Shown: one piece after another, positions 58,671 through 64,000 of the stretch | How positions within the stretch are numbered: position 1 is the first letter of the stretch | How the letters are laid out: every line of letters starts with the position of its first letter | DNA from: Dehalococcoidia bacterium | GTDB taxonomy: Bacteria; Chloroflexota; Dehalococcoidia; Plut-88900 | Assembly (NCBI GenBank): GCA_965249275.1 | Contig: CBDFLQ010000005.1 | Location: forward strand, 544,001 to 608,000 | Length of the DNA stretch: 64,000 nucleotides | Direction: 5' to 3' | Notes under the pieces: model-generated | What the model saw: only the letters and a program-made list of their open reading frames with translations | What the model was told of the DNA's origin: nothing | The model's database searches: none | Made by a program: the position numbers and the translations under genes

Positions 58671-59510
58671 CTAGAGACCTAGGAGCTTGCGGGCGTTGCC
58701 GCCGAGGACGGCGGCCTTGGTCGCGGCGTCCAGGGACTGGGTTTCAACTTGAGCCAATAGCCTTTTGTGGGAGATAAGAGGGTAGTCGGTGCCGAAGAGG
58801 ACCTTGTCAAGGCCGACGAGGTTGACGGCGTTAGAGAAGACGTCTGGAGTGTAGAGGAAGGGTGAAGCGGCGGAGTCGAAGTAGACGTTGCGCATGGACT
58901 CGGAGATCTCTGGCATGAGGGCATAGAAGGGGAGGCCTCCGCCCCAGTGGGCACAGACGATCTTGGCCTCGGGGAACATTTCGATGAAACGGCAGAGTTC
59001 GTCCGGGGTGACAGTGCCCTTGCCTGCGTAGGCGTGGCCCACGGGCTCCGAGGAGTGGGTAAGGACGATTAGGTCTCGGGCAATGGCGATTTCCATAGTG
59101 GGGGCCATGACTCGTTCGTCGTCTAGCCGGTAGCCTTGGGAGTAGGAGTGAAGCTCGCCGATGCCTCGGGCCCCAAGGTCCGCGCACCTTTCTATCTCTG
59201 CGACCGCAATCTCGCCGAGGGCAGGGTTGACGGTGCAAAAGGGGACTAGGCGGTCTGGGAAAGCCTTGGCGGACTCAAGGATGTAGTCGTTGGCCTCTAT
59301 CGCGAAGTCGTGGACCTGCCAGCCCATGCCGAGGGTCACGGCGACGTCTATGCCGTCCCGGTCCATTTTCTCGACGAGTTCCTCTGCGGAACTGAGTCGG
59401 GCTTTGGGGTCGGAGTAGAGGTGAGAGAAAGTGGCGTCGCGTTCGAGGTATGTGGTTCGGTCGTCACGGACGCTGCCGGGGAAGATGTGGGCGTGGAAGT
59501 CGATGATCAT
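58671..59510 (-). CDS. Amidohydrolase_2 family metal-dependent hydrolase (HxH type)
   Basis: IIDFHAH, GIGELH, AHWGGG, FGTDYP. Confidence 0.9.
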   Translation of the reverse strand: MIIDFHAHIFPGSVRDDRTTYLERDATFSHLYSDPKARLSSAEELVEKMDRDGIDVAVTLGMGWQVHDFAIEANDYILESAKAFPDRLVPFCTVNPALGEIAVAEIERCADLGARGIGELHSYSQGYRLDDERVMAPTMEIAIARDLIVLTHSSEPVGHAYAGKGTVTPDELCRFIEMFPEAKIVCAHWGGGLPFYALMPEISESMRNVYFDSAASPFLYTPDVFSNAVNLVGLDKVLFGTDYPLISHKRLLAQVETQSLDAATKAAVLGGNARKLLGL

Positions 59511-59623
59511 GTGGTGATTGTAATGCCCTTTCGTGTCGTTGGCACCCCGACCGCTAAGAATAATAACTGGGAATATTGCAATTCGTATTGAATCCCCCTG
59601 CCAGTGGGCTGATAATGTGCTCA

Positions 59624-60646
59624 ATGAGTGAGAAAACACATAGCGTCACCCTTATTGAAGGGGACGGGATCGGGCCGGAGGTGGCGGCGGCGGCGGTGCG
59701 GGTGCTGGAGGCGGCTGGGGCGTGTATTGGATGGGACAGGCAGGAGATCGGGGTGGCGGCGAGGGAGCAGTACGGTGTACTTCTTCCGGGCAAGGCCCTG
59801 GCGTCCGTGCAGAAAAACGGCGTGGCCCTTAAGGGTCCTGTCACCACCCCCAGCGCCGAGGGCTACCCGAGCCTCAATGTTACGCTGAGGAAGAGCCTGG
59901 ACCTCTATGCCTGCCTGAGGCCGGTTAAGAGCCTGCCCGGTGCACGAAGCCTGTATGAGGATGTCGATCTGGTGGTAGTACGAGAGAATACAGAGGACCT
60001 TTACGCGGGCGTGGAACACGAAGTTGTACCCGGTGTTGTCCAGAGCGTAAAGGTCATTACAAGAGCAGCGTCGACCCGCATAGCCCGATTTGCATTCGAA
60101 TACGCCGAGGCCCACGGCCGTAAGCTGGTGACCGCGGTACACAAGGCGAACATAATGAAGCTCTCCGATGGACTTTTCCTGGACTGCTGCCGGGGGGTGG
60201 CCAAGGAGTTCCCGCAAATCGAATACACGGAGATGATCGTGGATGCGGCCTGCCAGCACTTGGTGCTAAAACCGGGGCGGTTCGACGTGCTGGTGATGGA
60301 GAACCTGTACGGGGATATTATCTCGGACCTGGCGGCGGGACTGGTCGGGGGGCTGGGCTTGGTGCCGGGGGCGAACCTAGGGGAGAATTGTGCGGTGTTC
60401 GAGGCGACACACGGTAGCTGGCCGGAAGGCGCGGGCAAGGGACTAGCCAACCCAACCGCATTTATACTGACCTCGGCCATGATGATGAGACACTTGGGCG
60501 AAGATGTGATCGCCGAGCGGATCGAGAGCGCCATCCAGGACACCTACCTGGACGGCGGCTGTCTCACACCCGACCAAGGCGGCTCGGCGTCGACGACCGA
60601 ATTCACCGATCAGGTCATACGCTGCCTCTCCGGCGTGCCCGCCTAA
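59624..60646 (+). CDS. Isocitrate/isopropylmalate dehydrogenase family (NAD-IDH-like)
   Basis: [42 protein letters not shown]. Confidence 0.92.
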   Translation: MSEKTHSVTLIEGDGIGPEVAAAAVRVLEAAGACIGWDRQEIGVAAREQYGVLLPGKALASVQKNGVALKGPVTTPSAEGYPSLNVTLRKSLDLYACLRPVKSLPGARSLYEDVDLVVVRENTEDLYAGVEHEVVPGVVQSVKVITRAASTRIARFAFEYAEAHGRKLVTAVHKANIMKLSDGLFLDCCRGVAKEFPQIEYTEMIVDAACQHLVLKPGRFDVLVMENLYGDIISDLAAGLVGGLGLVPGANLGENCAVFEATHGSWPEGAGKGLANPTAFILTSAMMMRHLGEDVIAERIESAIQDTYLDGGCLTPDQGGSASTTEFTDQVIRCLSGVPA

Positions 60647-60656
60647 CGCAACCCCC

Positions 60657-61490
60657 ATGCTTACCAAGCGCATAATCCCATGCCTGGACGTAGACCGGGG
60701 GCGAGTCGTCAAGGGTGTCAGCTTCGTTAATCTCCGAGATGCTGGGGACCCGGCGGAGATGGCGGCCTTCTATGATGCCGAGGGCGCCGACGAACTGGTC
60801 TTCCTGGACATCACGGCAAGCTCCGACGAGCGGAACATCATGATCGAAGTCGTGAACAGAGTGTCGGAGCAGGTGTTCATACCTCTGACCGTGGGTGGCG
60901 GCATCAGGACGACGGAGGACATGCGCCGCATCTTGGACGCTGGAGCCGACAAGACGGCGGTCAACACGGCGGGAGTGTTGGACCCAACGATCATTGAGGA
61001 GGGCGCACGGGCATTCGGGAGCCAGTGCATAGTGGCGGCGATTGACGCAAAGCGGGTAGACGGAGCCCGCTCTGAACGGGAAACCGACCTGGCCCTGGGA
61101 CCCGGGTCCCGGTGGGAGGTGTACACCCACGGAGGGAGGCGGCCCACGGGTATCGACGCCTTGAAGTGGGCGGCCAGAGTTGCGGAGCTGGGCGCAGGCG
61201 AGTTGCTGGTAACCAGTATGGACGCCGACGGCCAGCAGACGGGCTACGATCTGGAGCTGAACCGGCTTATTTCGGAGTCGGTGCCGGTGCCTCTGATAGC
61301 CAGTGGAGGAGCGGGCAATTTGGCCCATCTGCACGACGCCTTGGTAGACGGCAAGGCGGACGCGGCGCTGGCAGCCAGTATCTTCCACTATGGGACCTAT
61401 ACCATAGCCCAGGCAAAAGAGTACTTGACGGTGCGAGGAGTGCCCAGCAGACCTGCTGTGCAGGAGGAATCAGTGGATGATCAAGCTTGA
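60657..61490 (+). CDS. hisF: Imidazole glycerol phosphate synthase cyclase subunit
   Basis: [44 protein letters not shown]. Confidence 0.97.
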   Translation: MLTKRIIPCLDVDRGRVVKGVSFVNLRDAGDPAEMAAFYDAEGADELVFLDITASSDERNIMIEVVNRVSEQVFIPLTVGGGIRTTEDMRRILDAGADKTAVNTAGVLDPTIIEEGARAFGSQCIVAAIDAKRVDGARSERETDLALGPGSRWEVYTHGGRRPTGIDALKWAARVAELGAGELLVTSMDADGQQTGYDLELNRLISESVPVPLIASGGAGNLAHLHDALVDGKADAALAASIFHYGTYTIAQAKEYLTVRGVPSRPAVQEESVDDQA

Positions 61491-62088
61491 TGACAAGGGG
61501 CTGGTGCCCGCGATAGTGCAGGACGCCGACACGGGGCGAGTGCTGACCCTTGCCTACATGAATCAAGAGTCGCTGGAGAGGACTCGGGCATCTGGGCAGG
61601 TGTGGTTTTACAGCCGGAGCCGCCAGGAGCTATGGCACAAGGGCGAGACTTCGGGGAACTATCTGAACGTGCGGAGCATCAGTGTTGACTGCGACGGCGA
61701 CGCTCTACTCATCGCGGCGGAGCCCACGGGCCCGGCCTGCCACACAGGCGAGACGAGCTGCTTCTTTGAAGGGCTTCCAGACGAGACTCCCGAGTTCGAT
61801 CAGCCGCCGGGAGATATGCTGGCCGAACTCTTTCAGCTGATCGAGCAGAGGAAGCGGGACAAACCCAAGGGCAGCTACGTTTCCAAACTCCTTAAGAAGG
61901 GGCCCCGCAAGATCGGCAAGAAGGTGGTTGAGGAGGCTGGAGAGGCGGTCATTGCCGCCCTGGACGAAGGGCGCGAGCGTACGGTAAGCGAGGTAGCCGA
62001 CCTTTGGTTCCACACCCTGGTCCTGCTGGCCTCCGTAGACGCGACCCCAGAACAGGTCTTTGAAGAGTTACGAAGAAGGCAGAAGTAG
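61477..62088 (+). CDS. hisIE: Bifunctional phosphoribosyl-AMP cyclohydrolase / phosphoribosyl-ATP pyrophosphatase
   Basis: [43 protein letters not shown]. Confidence 0.96.
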   Translation: MIKLDDKGLVPAIVQDADTGRVLTLAYMNQESLERTRASGQVWFYSRSRQELWHKGETSGNYLNVRSISVDCDGDALLIAAEPTGPACHTGETSCFFEGLPDETPEFDQPPGDMLAELFQLIEQRKRDKPKGSYVSKLLKKGPRKIGKKVVEEAGEAVIAALDEGRERTVSEVADLWFHTLVLLASVDATPEQVFEELRRRQK

Positions 62089-62106
62089 GCCCTTCCAACA
62101 GATTGC

Positions 62107-62151
62107 ATGATAAAGCCGCCCCGAGCACGACGCTCGGGGCGGCTTTATCAT
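62107..62151. terminator. Perfect 20-bp inverted repeat, probable terminator after hisIE
   Basis: ATGATAAAGCCGCCCCGAGC-acgac-GCTCGGGGCGGCTTTATCAT. Confidence 0.75.
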
Positions 62152-62198
62152 AATGGGGTAAAAGGTTCGAGGCTTGTCATAAAAGTGAGGAGGCTACG

Positions 62199-63059
62199 AT
62201 GGCAGAGAGTGGTGGGAACAACTGGGGCAGATGGGGTCCTGAAGACCAGCTGGGGGCCCTGAACCTGCTAACTCAGGAAAGGATGCTTAAGGCCTTCCAA
62301 CTGGTCAAAAGGGCCGATATATACAGCCTCGCAGTGCCGCTAGAGCGGGACGGGCCCCAGCTCCCGGATTTCCACAAGACCTGGAAGACTCACCACTTCT
62401 GGCACATGGAGAACCCAGAGATCAGCTTTGTGGATGACATGGTTGCTATGGAGGTCCATTCCGGGACGCACATCGACGCCCTGGGACATGTGTGGGCCGA
62501 GGCCGAGATGTACAACGGCCACCCGGAAAGCGAGATTACAAGCCGGGGGGTCGGGAAGAATGGGATAGAGAATGTGCGGCACATGGTGGGGCGCGGCATC
62601 ATGCTGGACCTGCCGGCCTACATGGGTATCGAGCACATCGGGCCGGAGTACACGGTCACTGGTGAGGACCTGGACGGCGCCGCCAAGGCCCAGGACGTGA
62701 GCATCGAGTCGGGGGATATCGTGCTGGTGCGCACGGGCTGGTACGCGTTGTTTGAGAAGGATAGGGCAATGTGGGAGTCCCAATTCCCGGGGCCGGACGG
62801 CAGTTTGAAGCCGTGGCTCATTGAACGGGACATCTGCGCCCTGGGGGCGGACCATCCGACGGTTGAGGCGAAGCCTCCCACATATAGCTCTGCGCCTCTA
62901 CACAGGTACGCGCTACGGGACCTGGGTATCTACCTTATGGAGAGCCTGGACCTCGAAGAGCTAGCGCGGGACCGCGTTTATGAGTTCCTGTTCATCGGGG
63001 CGCCCTTGCGGATGACGGGAGCGTCGGGGTCGCCTTGGAACCCGCTGGCGATTGTGTGA
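62199..63059 (+). CDS. Cyclase family protein
   Basis: NWGRWGPEDQLG, HSGTHIDALGH, GDIVLVRTG, GASGSP. Confidence 0.92.
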   Translation: MAESGGNNWGRWGPEDQLGALNLLTQERMLKAFQLVKRADIYSLAVPLERDGPQLPDFHKTWKTHHFWHMENPEISFVDDMVAMEVHSGTHIDALGHVWAEAEMYNGHPESEITSRGVGKNGIENVRHMVGRGIMLDLPAYMGIEHIGPEYTVTGEDLDGAAKAQDVSIESGDIVLVRTGWYALFEKDRAMWESQFPGPDGSLKPWLIERDICALGADHPTVEAKPPTYSSAPLHRYALRDLGIYLMESLDLEELARDRVYEFLFIGAPLRMTGASGSPWNPLAIV

Positions 63060-63215
63060 GGTAGCCCGAACCAACCCATAAATCCTACTTATAGGCGAGG
63101 GATGGATTCACGCCCCGGCGCACTTTCAGCCTGCACGCCACAGGCGCATCTGCGGCCTTCGCAGGAATGACGGTTAGCGAGTGGCTACGTTCGGCATTCC
63201 CAAAAGGAGAGTAGA

Positions 63216-64000
63216 CTAGCCGGCGTGGGCCAGAGCGCCGTTGGATGCTATCTTTTGGCCTGTGGCGGGGTCGACCTCCGTGGGGCCGGGGAGGTCAAGC
63301 TCGGCGGCCATCTCCCGGACGGCTGGGATAACCTCTTCCTTCATCAGACGGAGGCTCCGCATCTGCTCCTCGTGGGTCATGGCGCCGTCGCCGTCCCAGA
63401 AGATGACGATGCCGGGCCGCAGAGTTTCCAGGACGTGTCGGATCTTGGGGAGGACGGTCTTGGGGGTGCCTGCGGAGATGCTGTAGTTCTCGATCTGCTC
63501 CTCGTAGGGGACGCTCTCTACACCGCCCCGGTATTTGGTGGCGGCGGTCCGGGTGGGGAGGACGCGCCTTCTAGAGGTCATGCCAGGGAGAGAGGCGAGG
63601 GCTAGGTTGGTTGTGCCCTCGTTGCCGGCGAGGAACGGGTTGCTCGGGCCCTGGACGTACTTGCGGGCGGCCTCCTCGGCGAGTTCTTCGGTCTCGTCGA
63701 CATGGACCTTCCATAGGTAGCCGATGTTCTGGGGCCCCGACTGATAGCCAAGCTCGGCGGCCCGTTCGTGGTAGAGCTGGAAGGCCTGACGGGTCGGCTC
63801 CAGCTTTGTTGCGAGCATGACGTAGGGGAAGCGCTTTTCCGCCGCCCACATCAGGGAGTCCCGGCTCACGACCCCCGGGAGCCAGATGGGGGGATGAGGC
63901 TTCTGGTAGGGCTTGACCCACGGATTGACGTAGCGGTAGTGGTAATGCTTTCCCTCCCAGCGGAAGGGGCCCGAGGTGGTCCATGCCTTGATGATGAACT
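63216..64000 (-). CDS. LLM class flavin-dependent oxidoreductase (5'-truncated by the window)
   Basis: Frame extends to the window end: KAWTTSGPFRWEGKHYHYRYVNPWVKPYQKPHPPIW; C-terminal SLRLMKEEVIPA. Confidence 0.88.
   Translation of the reverse strand, partial: FIIKAWTTSGPFRWEGKHYHYRYVNPWVKPYQKPHPPIWLPGVVSRDSLMWAAEKRFPYVMLATKLEPTRQAFQLYHERAAELGYQSGPQNIGYLWKVHVDETEELAEEAARKYVQGPSNPFLAGNEGTTNLALASLPGMTSRRRVLPTRTAATKYRGGVESVPYEEQIENYSISAGTPKTVLPKIRHVLETLRPGIVIFWDGDGAMTHEEQMRSLRLMKEEVIPAVREMAAELDLPGPTEVDPATGQKIASNGALAHAG

Overview
GC-rich bacterial chromosome segment. The gene content points to Chloroflexota, probably Dehalococcoidia/SAR202-like (inference): nine Amidohydro_2 paralogs, five luciferase-like (LLM) oxidoreductases, paired formamidases, family III CoA-transferases, threonine dehydratases and DddP-like M24 enzymes, two cyclases, a Rieske oxygenase, plus housekeeping genes (ilvE, hisF, hisIE, IDH-like, mug, thpR) and two tRNAs (Arg-CCT, Asp-GTC). 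A complete 1196-bp IS5-family element splits a nitroreductase gene. There are three orphan antitoxins and one PBECR2/DUF2283-like TA-type pair. The most unusual signal is non-coding and lies in the first 30 kb, where several small repeat families are nested in one another: (i) a four-copy element with a conserved scaffold and an 18-19 bp hairpin whose sequence varies while pairing stays essentially perfect, even between two near-identical tandem copies; (ii) a ~130-bp MITE that always sits in the 5-nt loop of a REP-like hairpin; (iii) orphan IS481-like ends; (iv) GTAG-type REPs. Two genes (ribokinase, mug) appear to need non-canonical ATC/ATT starts. All family assignments come from motif recognition by eye; no database searches were run.
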